The translations under genes were made by a program, and so were the position numbers. Positions 36,667 to 46,409 of a stretch of 64,000 nucleotides of DNA are shown here, piece after piece. Where the stretch lies: contig DUFC01000031.1 in the NCBI GenBank assembly GCA_011191875.1, positions 117,705-181,704 of the forward strand, written 5' to 3'. The notes beneath the pieces were generated by a model. The model saw nothing but the letters and a program-made list of their open reading frames with translations, had not been told where the DNA came from and did not search any database. Position 1 is the stretch's first letter. Each line of letters opens with the position of its first letter. This stretch comes from Dehalococcoidia bacterium. GTDB taxonomy: Bacteria; Chloroflexota; Dehalococcoidia; Dehalococcoidales; W498.

Positions 36667-37543
36667 ACTTCTTCAATTTGTGATTACTGGCATAACCGTA
36701 GGCATGGTTTATGCCCTCATTGCTTTGGGCTTTGTTTTAGTCTGGAAATCCAGCGGTGTCGCCAACCTGGCACTAGGACAACTGGTACTGATTTCTTCAT
36801 GGTTCACTTATGGGATGCTGGTTCAGGCTGGTCTTCCCCTCTGGCTTGGCTTGCTGCTGGTTATCCTCTTCGCCCTAGCTCTGGGTTGGGTGATCGAGAG
36901 ATTTATCCTGCGCCCGCTTATTGCCCAACCTATCCTGTCTTTAATCACGGTTACACTGGGCTTGGCTTTCTTCATTGAAGGCGCAGTGAGTTTTATCTGG
37001 CCAAAAAGTGTGGCGGCTTTACCTCGTTTATTCCCTCAACAGCCTGTCCATATCGGTACAGCGGTTGTTTCCCAGGAATACCTGTGGGCAGCTGCTATCT
37101 CCTTAATTCTATTTGGTCTTTTATCCCTGTACTTTAGGTATCACAAAATGGGTATTGCTATGAGGGCGACGGCTGATGACCAGAGAGCTGTCCAGGCCTG
37201 TGGCATCCCCGTAACTAAAATCTTTTCTATGTCATGGATGTTGGCCTGTGCGCTGGCGGCTATTGGCGGTGTTCTTATGTCCTGCATTGGTGGTATCACC
37301 TTTGGTCTAGTGCATACCGGGCTCAAGGCGTTCTCGGTAGTAATACTTGGTGGGCTTAATTCTTTCCTCGGCGCTATTATAGCCGGTCCCATAATCGGTC
37401 TAGCCGAAAATCTTGGTGGTGGCTACCTGACCCCGCTAACCTGGCCCGGGGTCAGGGAAGTTATCCCGTTTATTATTATCATAATTGTTATGTTCCTGAA
37501 GCCCTACGGCTTATTTGGAGAAGTCCGTATAGAGAGGATTTAG
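36659..37543 (+). CDS. branched-chain amino acid-type ABC transporter permease (LivH-like)
   Basis: 294 aa, polytopic. Overlaps the ligase stop by 8 nt. Confidence 0.85.
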   Translation: MAELLQFVITGITVGMVYALIALGFVLVWKSSGVANLALGQLVLISSWFTYGMLVQAGLPLWLGLLLVILFALALGWVIERFILRPLIAQPILSLITVTLGLAFFIEGAVSFIWPKSVAALPRLFPQQPVHIGTAVVSQEYLWAAAISLILFGLLSLYFRYHKMGIAMRATADDQRAVQACGIPVTKIFSMSWMLACALAAIGGVLMSCIGGITFGLVHTGLKAFSVVILGGLNSFLGAIIAGPIIGLAENLGGGYLTPLTWPGVREVIPFIIIIIVMFLKPYGLFGEVRIERI

Positions 37544-37547
37544 CAAA

Positions 37548-38600
37548 TTGGGTTTACCAGCCGGTACTCGTAATTATAGCTATGCCCAGGATATGGCTAT
37601 TTTCCGAACCAAGACCCACTGGGCAATGCTGCTGGCTCTGCTAGTCATCTTGTTCACCGCTCCCCTGTACTGCGGGAACTACTGGCTAAGTGTCGCCAAC
37701 CTGATTGGTATTACCATTATTGCTGCTACAGGACTGAATATCTTAACCGGATACTGCGGGCAGTTGTCTATCGGTCATGCCGGCTTCATTGCTGTAGGTG
37801 CCTATACCTCGGCTGTGCTAACCAGCCGTCTTGAGCTTTCCTTTCTGGTAGGGCTAATCGCTGCCGGGTTTGCCGCCGGGCTGATAGGGATGATTTTTGG
37901 TATCCCTTCCCTCCGGGTCAAGGGTTTTTACCTGGCAATCAGCACTATCGCCGCCCAGTTTATCATTATCTGGGTTATCAGCCACTGGACTAGCGTAACC
38001 GGGGGCTTTACTGGTATCAGTGTACCACCAGCTTCAATCGGTGGTATTACCTTTACCAGTCAGGCCAGTCTGTTCTACCTGATTATGGTAATTACAGTGC
38101 TGGTAGTCTTCCTGGCCAAGAATCTAGCCAGGACAAGGGCGGGTAGGGCCTTTGTCGCCATCAGGGATAATGACCTGGCAGCGCAGGTAATGGGCATTAA
38201 CCTCTTCCGTTATAAACTTCTCGCCTTCTTCATTGGTTGTTTCCTGGCTGGAATAGCCGGCTCACTACTTGCCCACTGGATTGGCTTTATGAGTGTTGAG
38301 CATTTTAGTATAATGGACTCCATTCTATATATCGGTATGATAATCATCGGTGGCTTGGGCACCACTATCGGTCCTATTTTCGGTGTCCTTTTCATCCGTC
38401 TGTTGCAACAGTGGATAACATCATACATTGTGCCAGGATTGGAAGGCATCTTTACTCTACCCGCCGGATTCGCCACCGGTATCGGACCAATGGTATTTGG
38501 GCTGGCTATCATCTTATTCCTGATACTGGAACCCCGCGGGCTAGCCCACCGGTGGCAATTGTTTAAAGCTTCCTACCGGCTCTGGCCTTTCTCTTACTAG
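37548..38600 (+). CDS. branched-chain amino acid-type ABC transporter permease (LivM-like)
   Basis: 350 aa, polytopic. GQLSIGHAGF motif. TTG start. Confidence 0.8.
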   Translation: MGLPAGTRNYSYAQDMAIFRTKTHWAMLLALLVILFTAPLYCGNYWLSVANLIGITIIAATGLNILTGYCGQLSIGHAGFIAVGAYTSAVLTSRLELSFLVGLIAAGFAAGLIGMIFGIPSLRVKGFYLAISTIAAQFIIIWVISHWTSVTGGFTGISVPPASIGGITFTSQASLFYLIMVITVLVVFLAKNLARTRAGRAFVAIRDNDLAAQVMGINLFRYKLLAFFIGCFLAGIAGSLLAHWIGFMSVEHFSIMDSILYIGMIIIGGLGTTIGPIFGVLFIRLLQQWITSYIVPGLEGIFTLPAGFATGIGPMVFGLAIILFLILEPRGLAHRWQLFKASYRLWPFSY

Positions 38601-38681
38601 TTTGATAAAGGAGGATAGAACAATGTAATGTCACTTAAAGACCTTGCCCGTTAACCTTAAAATAAGTGGGAGGATTGATAA

Positions 38682-39911
38682 ATGAACTGGAGAAAGCTAT
38701 TAAAGATAGCGGGGATTGTATCCCTGGCATTAATGATTACCATAATACCCCTCCTGAGCGCCGGTTGTACCAGTGCTGAGGAGAAAACGCTAAAGGCAGG
38801 CTTTAGTATTTGTTACACTGGTGTTGCCGCCGAAAAGGGACGCCCCATGGGTAACGGCAAGCTGGACTGCATTAAATACATCAATGAGGAGCTAGGTGGC
38901 GTTGCCGGATACCAGATTGAGGTGATATGGCGTGATAACCAATACGATGCCTCTAAAGCAGCTACCATCATTAACGAGCTAATGGATAAGGGTTGTCTGC
39001 TCTTCACCACTAACTCATCAGCGATGATGACGGCATCAGCGGAAATTGCCAACCGGGCTGAGTTTCCCGGTTTTGCTGTCTTCAGCGCTCCGGCACTGAC
39101 TAATCCACCACAGCACATCTATGCCCAGATGCCTGATTACGGTGATGACTGGGCTGCCTTTGCCAATTATTACCTGGAGAATATCTGGCAGGGTGAGGGA
39201 GAACCCAAGATGGCTATGCACCTGCTCAATAACTCCACCGGTTATGGCGCCCGGGATGCGGCTGTGCTTCTAGCTGATGAGCTGGGTATTGACATTGTGG
39301 CTATGGAAGAGCACACAACCACCACCATATCTGAAATAGAAAGTCTGACTAGAATTAATGCATTGAATCCCGATATTATATATATATCCAGCACACCGCA
39401 GCCAACTTCTATCATTATTAAGGATGCCGTAGACCTGGGTATGTATCCCGGTGTAACCATTGGTCTGGGTCATGCCAGTATCACTAGCGAGCTTATTGAG
39501 TTTGCTGGTGCCGATGCTGAGGGTGTTTATGGTGTTTACCCGACAGTGAAGTGGGGTGATGATGTACCGGCTATGGCCAAGATGACAGAATACTGCCAGG
39601 AATACCACCCTGACGACTACGGCAATATGGACTACATCACCTCGTGGGCAGAGGGTCTTATAGTTGCGGAGATTCTGAGGCTGGCTGTGGAGAATGTCGG
39701 CATTGATAACCTGACCCCGCAAGCAGTGGAGGAATACGGTTTCAAGAAGCTGGATAATTTTAATGTCGGTGGTCTGCACGGTCCGGTAAGCTATACCCCG
39801 GGCGACAACCGGCTGTCTAAAGCAGTCAGGGTCTTCCAGATTCAAGATGGTGAAATCGTGCCTATTAGCGGCTGGGTAGATGCGCCACTGATACCGTACG
39901 AGTTTGACTAG
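38682..39911 (+). CDS. ABC transporter substrate-binding lipoprotein (LivK/type I PBP family)
   Basis: Signal peptide with lipobox LLSAGC. 409 aa. Confidence 0.8.
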   Translation: MNWRKLLKIAGIVSLALMITIIPLLSAGCTSAEEKTLKAGFSICYTGVAAEKGRPMGNGKLDCIKYINEELGGVAGYQIEVIWRDNQYDASKAATIINELMDKGCLLFTTNSSAMMTASAEIANRAEFPGFAVFSAPALTNPPQHIYAQMPDYGDDWAAFANYYLENIWQGEGEPKMAMHLLNNSTGYGARDAAVLLADELGIDIVAMEEHTTTTISEIESLTRINALNPDIIYISSTPQPTSIIIKDAVDLGMYPGVTIGLGHASITSELIEFAGADAEGVYGVYPTVKWGDDVPAMAKMTEYCQEYHPDDYGNMDYITSWAEGLIVAEILRLAVENVGIDNLTPQAVEEYGFKKLDNFNVGGLHGPVSYTPGDNRLSKAVRVFQIQDGEIVPISGWVDAPLIPYEFD

Positions 39912-39977
39912 TTTGGTAAATAGAGCTTGGGCAGGGCTCCTGCTCCGGATGGGAGCCCTGCTAATGGAAGGTTTGGT

Positions 39978-40769
39978 ATGCTTAAACTGAATAACATTGA
40001 GGTTGCTTATCTTAATGTTATCCGGGTGCTACATGGCGTGTCTCTGAATGTGGAGGACGGCTCGATTGTTGCCCTGCTGGGAGCTAATGGTGCTGGTAAA
40101 AGCACCACCCTCAAGGCAATATCGGGGCTACTTCATGTTGAGGAGGGGGAAGTAACCGATGGCAGCATTGAGTGGAACGGGGAAAGAATGGATAATAAAA
40201 GCGCCGAAGAAATTGGCAAGCTGGGCATTATCCAGGCACTGGAGGGACGCCGGGTCTTCGGGCACCTCACTACTGAGGAAAATCTGCTGGTTGGAGCTTA
40301 TCACCGTAAAGACCGTCATACCGTTAAGGAAGACCTGAAAATGGTTTATGACTACTTCCCACGTCTCAAGGAGCTTCGGCATAATACCGCTGGCTATCTT
40401 TCCGGAGGCGAGCAGCAGATGCTGGTCATTGGCCGGGCTATGATGGCTGCCCCCAAGCTGATGATGCTGGACGAGCCATCACTGGGTCTGGCGCCGTTGC
40501 TGGTTGAAGAAATATACAATATTATCCAGCGGTTTAATACTGAGCATAAAACATCAGTCCTCCTCGTGGAGCAGAATGTCAGGATTGCCTTGAGTATCGC
40601 TCATTACGGTTATGTTGTAGAAAATGGTCGGGTGGTTCTTGACGGTTCCGCAGATTTCCTCAAGAATAACGAGGATGTGAAGGAGTTTTACATGGGGCTA
40701 TCTACAGTGGGCACGAAGAAGAGCTACCGGGAAGTAAAACACTATAAGAGGCGAAAACGATGGCTATAG
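39978..40769 (+). CDS. ABC transporter ATP-binding protein (LivF-like)
   Basis: Walker A GANGAGKST, LSGGEQQM, MMLDEPS. ATG 39978 follows GGAAGG. Confidence 0.85.
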   Translation: MLKLNNIEVAYLNVIRVLHGVSLNVEDGSIVALLGANGAGKSTTLKAISGLLHVEEGEVTDGSIEWNGERMDNKSAEEIGKLGIIQALEGRRVFGHLTTEENLLVGAYHRKDRHTVKEDLKMVYDYFPRLKELRHNTAGYLSGGEQQMLVIGRAMMAAPKLMMLDEPSLGLAPLLVEEIYNIIQRFNTEHKTSVLLVEQNVRIALSIAHYGYVVENGRVVLDGSADFLKNNEDVKEFYMGLSTVGTKKSYREVKHYKRRKRWL

Positions 40770-42052
40770 AGTCAACAGGTAAGCCTTACGAGTTTTTTGA
40801 TGAATTGGAGATAATGCCTGCTGAAGCAAGGCAGACATATTTAAACCAGGGATTGTCTCAGGCGATTGACCATGCTTATCGCAACGCTCCCGCTGCCAAA
40901 GAAATACTTGACAGGGCCGGAGTCAGTCCGGTCGAAATCCGAACTATAAGAGACCTGGAAAAGTTACCCATCACCAGAAAAACTGACCTGATAGAGTTAC
41001 AAAAAGCAAAACCACCCTACGGGGGCTTTCTTGCCATTCCCCCTGAGGATGTTGACCGTGTGTTTCTCTCACCCGGCCCTGTCTATGAGCCTATCCAGTA
41101 TGCGGGTATCCAGTGGTTTGCCAAATCATTCTGGGCGGCTGGATTTAGGAAGGGAGACATAGTTATTAACACATTCACCTACCACATGTCCCCGGCTGGG
41201 ATTCTGTTTCACGAAGCCTTGAGGGATTGCGGGGCTACCGCCATACCCATGGGTATAGGTAATACTGAGATTCAAATTCAGACCATGTATGACTTAAAAG
41301 TCACCGGGTTCGTGGGCACGCCATCCTTTCTAATGACCATCATTGAAAGAGCAGGAGAAATAGGGTATGACTTTCGGCGGGATTTTACTCTTAAGCGCGC
41401 CTGGTTTACCGGTGAGATGCTATCCTCTTCACTACGGCAAGCCTTTGAGGAAGATTACGAAATTAATACCGCACAAGCCTATGCGGTTACCGAACCGGGT
41501 GGTGCCATCGCCTATGAATGTCGTCAGAAATCGGGCATGCACCTTATGGATGAATATATAGTAGAAATAGTTGATCCCGAGACAGGAAAGCAGCTAGGAC
41601 CGGGAGAGATAGGTGAAGTAGTGGTTACCCCCATCCATAATAAAGCCTGGAGACTTATCCGCTTTGGTACCGGTGATATGTCTTCATATATCACCGAACC
41701 CTGCCCCTGTGGTCGGACGGCCAACCGGCTGGTGGCTATCGTTGGCAGAACTAGTGATGCCATCAAAGTGAGGGGCATGTTTGTCGTTGTGAAACAAGCC
41801 GAACAGGCAGTTCTCAGCTTTGAGCCGATTTCCCAATTCCAAATAGTGATTGGGCGTAAGGGACAGCGGGATGAGATGACCCTTAAGATTGAGTTGAAGG
41901 ACGAATCCGTAGACAGGAAAAAACTAGCTGGTGATTTGAATAAGAGGTTTCAAGACCTGTGCCGGGTCAAGATAGATAGGATTGAATTTGTGGATAAGGG
42001 AAGTATTCCAGAAGAGCATCAAAAGATAGTAGATGAAAGAATCTGGGAGTAA
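40760..42052 (+). CDS. phenylacetate-CoA ligase / coenzyme F390 synthetase-family adenylate-forming enzyme
   Basis: 430 aa. Size and motif order match PaaK-type ligases. Overlaps the livF stop. Confidence 0.7.
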   Translation: MAIESTGKPYEFFDELEIMPAEARQTYLNQGLSQAIDHAYRNAPAAKEILDRAGVSPVEIRTIRDLEKLPITRKTDLIELQKAKPPYGGFLAIPPEDVDRVFLSPGPVYEPIQYAGIQWFAKSFWAAGFRKGDIVINTFTYHMSPAGILFHEALRDCGATAIPMGIGNTEIQIQTMYDLKVTGFVGTPSFLMTIIERAGEIGYDFRRDFTLKRAWFTGEMLSSSLRQAFEEDYEINTAQAYAVTEPGGAIAYECRQKSGMHLMDEYIVEIVDPETGKQLGPGEIGEVVVTPIHNKAWRLIRFGTGDMSSYITEPCPCGRTANRLVAIVGRTSDAIKVRGMFVVVKQAEQAVLSFEPISQFQIVIGRKGQRDEMTLKIELKDESVDRKKLAGDLNKRFQDLCRVKIDRIEFVDKGSIPEEHQKIVDERIWE

Positions 42053-42069
42053 GCCAGCCGCATTCGGGA

Positions 42070-42897
42070 CTATTCTCCCTCTCCCAGATAGGCTGATATG
42101 ACCTGCGGATTGGTCCTGATTTCATCGGGGATACCCTCAGCAATTTTCCTTCCAAAGTCAAGAACCACAATCCTATCGGCTAAATCCATAACCACTCCCA
42201 TATCATGCTCGATGAGGACAATGCAACTAACGCCATCCCTTAAAACCGGTGTTTCGGCATACATATCTCCTTGTCCTTCAAATATGTCAATGATGAACCG
42301 GGCAATGTCCTCCTTCTCTTCTAGATTCATTCCCGCCATCGGTTCATCAAGCAGCAGCACTTTCGGTTCCAGAGCTAGAGCTCTACCCAATTCAACCCTC
42401 TTACGCATTCCATAAGGGAGAGCGCCAACTACCTTCTTTCTAATTGGTTCTATTTCTAGAAAATCTATGATGTCCTCCACCGTCTTGCGATGTTCAATTT
42501 CCTCCTTATGAGCCCAACCAAAATACAGGGCACCACCGGCGAAGTTCTGTTTCATAAGCACGTGTCTAGCCGCCATAATATTGTCCAGAGTGTTTAGTCC
42601 GGTATATAGCTCGATATTCTGGAAGGTTCTGGCCAGACCAAGCTGGGCTGCCTTATCCGGACGGATCCGGGTAATTCTCTGGTCTTCATAGTATATTTCA
42701 CCCTTTTGTGGCTTATAGAAGCCGTTTATACAGTTTAACAGACAGGTCTTACCAGCACCGTTTGGTCCTATAATCGCTAGAATCTCGTTGTCCTTTATGT
42801 CAAAGCTAATATCGATAAGAGCCTTCACGCCTCCAAAGGAGAGGGAGAGATTATCAATTCGTATTTTCACTTGGTTTTCACTTCCCACCCTTGGCAA
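42070..42897 (-). CDS. ABC transporter ATP-binding protein (LivG-like)
   Basis: Walker A GPNGAGKT, LPYGMRKR, LLLDEPMAG, and a LivG-type insertion. It sits on the strand opposite the rest of the transporter. Confidence 0.85.
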   Translation of the reverse strand: MPRVGSENQVKIRIDNLSLSFGGVKALIDISFDIKDNEILAIIGPNGAGKTCLLNCINGFYKPQKGEIYYEDQRITRIRPDKAAQLGLARTFQNIELYTGLNTLDNIMAARHVLMKQNFAGGALYFGWAHKEEIEHRKTVEDIIDFLEIEPIRKKVVGALPYGMRKRVELGRALALEPKVLLLDEPMAGMNLEEKEDIARFIIDIFEGQGDMYAETPVLRDGVSCIVLIEHDMGVVMDLADRIVVLDFGRKIAEGIPDEIRTNPQVISAYLGEGE

Positions 42898-43204
42898 CCT
42901 CCCTATCCTGAGATGGCACAGCCGTTTCTCTACCAGTCTGCTCTAAGTGTCCTTTGTTAGCCTCCTCGGTAAACAGTTTTTCCTTATACTGAATCACTCT
43001 GGGACATTCCGGACCCGTACACTCCAACTGCCGTTTTGACTGCTTACTTTTCTTCTTGAGTAGATTGAGCATCTCCTTACTAGGTTCACCATACTTCCTG
43101 TAGCCAGTACATTTTGTCGACCAGTCTCTGTACACCAGTAAGGTTACTTCCTCATCTACCCCATCACAATAAATAGTAGTTGCGGTTAACTGCCAATTCA
43201 CCAT
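42878..43204 (-). CDS. hypothetical Cys-containing protein (108 aa)
   Basis: The ORF overlaps the livG start by 20 nt. Cys at YCDG, KCTG, ECTGPEC. No family recognised. Confidence 0.5.
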   Translation of the reverse strand: MVNWQLTATTIYCDGVDEEVTLLVYRDWSTKCTGYRKYGEPSKEMLNLLKKKSKQSKRQLECTGPECPRVIQYKEKLFTEEANKGHLEQTGRETAVPSQDREVAKGGK

Positions 43205-43424
43205 GCCTATCTAAGTGCTCCTTATCAGCGCTTATCATATTACCATTGTCTAATCTGGGATTTCAACAGCCTGTAAATTTGATTGGGTAACTGCAGTCTT
43301 AATGGTATATTGTGGCTTTTATGCTATCAAGAAGTGGATAGATAATATACTGTCAGCTATTGACAAAGTCCACAGGATGAATCCATTATTATATAGGTTA
43401 AAATACCTGAGCAAGGAGGTCGTA

Positions 43425-43730
43425 GTGGCTTACTACTTACAGCTCGTAGTTCTTACCGATAAAGGAAGGAGGAATTTTGAGGAAAACCCGGAATGGATTA
43501 AGGAGCTAAATAGAAACATGGAGCTTATGGGAGTAAAAGTACTGACTCAGTATGCACTTCTAGGCCAGTTTGATTTTGTCAACATTATCGAAGCTCCTAG
43601 CGATGAGACTGTCGCTAAAGTGGCAATAAGATTGAGTGCGACGGGAACTGTTCAACCTATGACCCTGGCTGCCATTCCTTTGGACGACTTGATTGAGACT
43701 CTGAAGAAGGACCCGCATACTCCATGGTGA
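43425..43730 (+). CDS. GYD domain protein (second paralog)
   Basis: GTG 43425 lies 5 nt after AAGGAGG. LLGQFDFVNIIEAPSDETVAKV pattern. Confidence 0.65.
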   Translation: MAYYLQLVVLTDKGRRNFEENPEWIKELNRNMELMGVKVLTQYALLGQFDFVNIIEAPSDETVAKVAIRLSATGTVQPMTLAAIPLDDLIETLKKDPHTPW

Positions 43731-44060
43731 CTTCTACTGTTCCTGATATGTAATATTATCTTTAGCTTTTCCAAAGTCTGAACATTTTGATGTCATCCAC
43801 GAGGCATAGCTATTGTGGCGCCGGAGCGACGGTAATCAAAGCTTGATTTTCCCCTCGGAAATAATAAAAACTGCAGTCGAGGATCGCTACGGTATCTAGC
43901 ATCTCCCTACACTTGATTGCACTTTATAGGTGACACTATTATGAGTATCACCTGTCTATCTGAACTGGCTCACAGTTGAGTAGTTCATCTCTCAGCTTGA
44001 CCAGGGGATTTTCACTTCTCTAAGCTCGTTGATTATAGGCGTGATAACCTGTGGCTCAGA

Positions 44061-44636
44061 CTAAAAGCGAATCCGCTCCCTCTTTCTAAAGAAAAAGCCT
44101 ATCGTTAGACCAAATGCCATACCGCCAAGATGAGCCTGCCACGCCACGTTTGGGAAGAATGAAATTATCAAGAAACCGCCAATGACTGCTACCCAGAGGG
44201 GGAGGGGGACCGGTATGGGAAAGACAAAAACTCTCAGTCTCGGCCTCATTACTGCCAGGACCCCTCCTAGGGCAAAAACGGCTCCTGAGGCACCGATAGC
44301 TATGGAAAGTGGTGGCGCTAAAAGTATGTATAAGATATTCCCTAGTATTCCCCCAATGAAGTATACGAGGAGGAATTTTCTCTCTCCAAGTAATGCACAT
44401 AAATATCTGCCAAAAAAGTAAAGGGTAATCATGTTGGCTAGGATGTGACCTATGCTGCCGTGGACAAATAGGCTGGTTATTATCGTCCAGAGTCTATCTA
44501 GTATAACTGCTGGTATCAACCCGAGAAATAGAATAAGGGTGGGTTCTATAAGGGTAACTACGAATAGTAGTAAGTTCATCCCTATTAAGAACCATATAGG
44601 GGTTAAATTGGACCCACTATGACTTCTATATACCAT
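44061..44636 (-). CDS. rhomboid-family intramembrane serine protease
   Basis: Six TM helices. GASGAVFALGG catalytic Ser motif and the AHLGGMAFG His motif. Confidence 0.85.
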   Translation of the reverse strand: MVYRSHSGSNLTPIWFLIGMNLLLFVVTLIEPTLILFLGLIPAVILDRLWTIITSLFVHGSIGHILANMITLYFFGRYLCALLGERKFLLVYFIGGILGNILYILLAPPLSIAIGASGAVFALGGVLAVMRPRLRVFVFPIPVPLPLWVAVIGGFLIISFFPNVAWQAHLGGMAFGLTIGFFFRKRERIRF

Positions 44637-44782
44637 TACTCTGTTTATCCGCAGTTTTATATAAGCAAAAGTTTAGCTCTTATCTGAAACGGCTCATTTC
44701 TCGGCTACTATAATAACCTTATAATACCGTATGTAGCAACAAGAGGTCTCGAATCTTCAGTTTACAGGGACAGGTCAAAATT

Positions 44783-44851
44783 ATGAAGCCCTTTGATACT
44801 AAACAGCTAAAGAAGACGGTGAACCTTATATTAGAGGGTCTAGATAATTAG
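44783..44851 (+). pseudogene. relic of a response-regulator receiver domain C-terminus
   Basis: The 22-codon remnant MKPFDTKQLKKTVNLILEGLDN resembles the K-P-F-x(3)-L end of REC domains. The rest of the gene is missing upstream, where an in-frame stop occurs. Confidence 0.3.
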
Positions 44852-45036
44852 CAGAGCTGGTGGCATCACAATTGCCCCTTTTGTTACCTCACTGCACAAG
44901 ATAGCGTTTTGTTTATCCCTTTGAACGAAAGTCCATTATGTGCAATTTGGCTTATAAAAGAAACCCAGATATCTTCAACAGACGCTTGGCTTGTATTCCT
45001 TTTTTAAGTGCACTGAACTCTGTCTAGTTCTTTAAC

Positions 45037-46020
45037 CTAAACCGTCACCACAGGCGCAAGGGGCAATAATAGTGTGGGGCCAGGCGTGCGTTGCAAGTAA
45101 GACCTTGTATATGTGATGGGGAAAGAATAGACGACTTGCACTTTAGGGTACTCCCAATAAAAGAGAAACACGCCTACAACCTGTGGTTTTGTCCCAAAAG
45201 GACCAACTACCATGTTGAATGAACCTCTTGTATCTTTATAAATATCCTCAAGCACATTCTTGACAGCATACGGGTTATCGGCTGGCACGTTTCTTACTTC
45301 TACGGAAGGTTGTGAAAGTAGGTATGAATTATTTTCCTGAGCATATTTTACGTAATCGAGATTTCCATAGCGTGGTGGGCTAGTTATTAGCGCAATTGTC
45401 TTCGTTGGATTAAACTGCTTCCATACAGCCAGGGATCGTTCAGGCTCAAATCCCAAGAGTATGATAAGAATCGTCTCCTTCTCTAGCGAAGGGCTTCCAA
45501 AAAAGTTAGGTATTGTGGTAATTTGATCGACACCCCGAGTAAGTTTAGTTGGCAAATATTTCTGCGTTGTGTGAAGCATACGAGGAATCCCTAAGTTCAA
45601 ATCAATCGCAAGATAATGTAGAAGCTCCAACAGGTATATTTTGGTAAAGCCACTGATATCAATTGTAATGAAAGGGCTTTCCGAATCTCTGGGCTTACAC
45701 TGTCCCCAGATATTTTTGAGCTCGGTGATCCCCTCCATTGGACTTTCTCTCCGGCAGGAAATGATAAATATACCTTCGGCAGTCCTTTTCCCCAGTTCAC
45801 TCTGCAATCTGAATAGATTGTTGTCAATGTGCTTTTTGTGGAGCAACTCTTCGATTACAAAGATTACGGTAAACCTTGTCCGGAAGTCAGCGCCAATCTT
45901 TGATGTGCTTGAAACGCACCTTTCTTCAAAACTGGCACAACAGATAAAAAGATCATCGGGGCCGTATTCATTCAACTTCGTCAAAAGTTCAACTTCAATC
46001 GGCTCAACAGCTGCCTTCAT
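45037..46020 (-). CDS. hypothetical protein with two tandem Rossmann-like modules (tentatively CARF/SAVED-like)
   Basis: 327 aa, no TM helix or signal peptide. Paired motifs: LFICCASFEERC (res 24-35) and FITIDISGFTKI (117-128), repeated as ILIILLGFEPERS (184-196) and FNMVVGPFGTKPQ (268-280). Confidence 0.6.
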   Translation of the reverse strand: MKAAVEPIEVELLTKLNEYGPDDLFICCASFEERCVSSTSKIGADFRTRFTVIFVIEELLHKKHIDNNLFRLQSELGKRTAEGIFIISCRRESPMEGITELKNIWGQCKPRDSESPFITIDISGFTKIYLLELLHYLAIDLNLGIPRMLHTTQKYLPTKLTRGVDQITTIPNFFGSPSLEKETILIILLGFEPERSLAVWKQFNPTKTIALITSPPRYGNLDYVKYAQENNSYLLSQPSVEVRNVPADNPYAVKNVLEDIYKDTRGSFNMVVGPFGTKPQVVGVFLFYWEYPKVQVVYSFPITYTRSYLQRTPGPTLLLPLAPVVTV

Positions 46021-46409
46021 CTTTGACCCCCTTGAATACCATCAGTTGTTCCAGCAAAACTTGTTAATGAACACTATAAATAGCTTAATGACTATTGTCA
46101 ATTCTCCTTGAGCTCGCAAGGGATGATTGATGTTCCTAGCTTATGGAGTATCATTGAGACCTTTACTTAATATCGTCGCGAAGTTCTATACAACATTTGC
46201 TCATTTTATTGCTCTACTGATAACAAGCGTGGAATGTTTCATATCTCCAGAAGGGTAGACCCGGATTGCTCTTTTTTAATAGTTCGGGGGACCTCGCGTT
46301 GGGTTGAACATCCGCCACAGTGGATGATAAGATTCGACGAGCCATAGCTGCATGCGAGTATACCTTCTAGTCGAATGGATAAAGGGTAAAAAGGAAGGGG
46401 GACGGATAC

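Noticed and set aside
44738-44762. Possible att-like partial repeat of the tRNA-Gly 3' half (aagaggtctcgaatcttc against gacgaggctcgaactcgc).
   Set aside because: The match is only ~14 of 17 positions with indels and has no exact core. It falls inside the response-regulator relic. I could not distinguish it from chance by eye.
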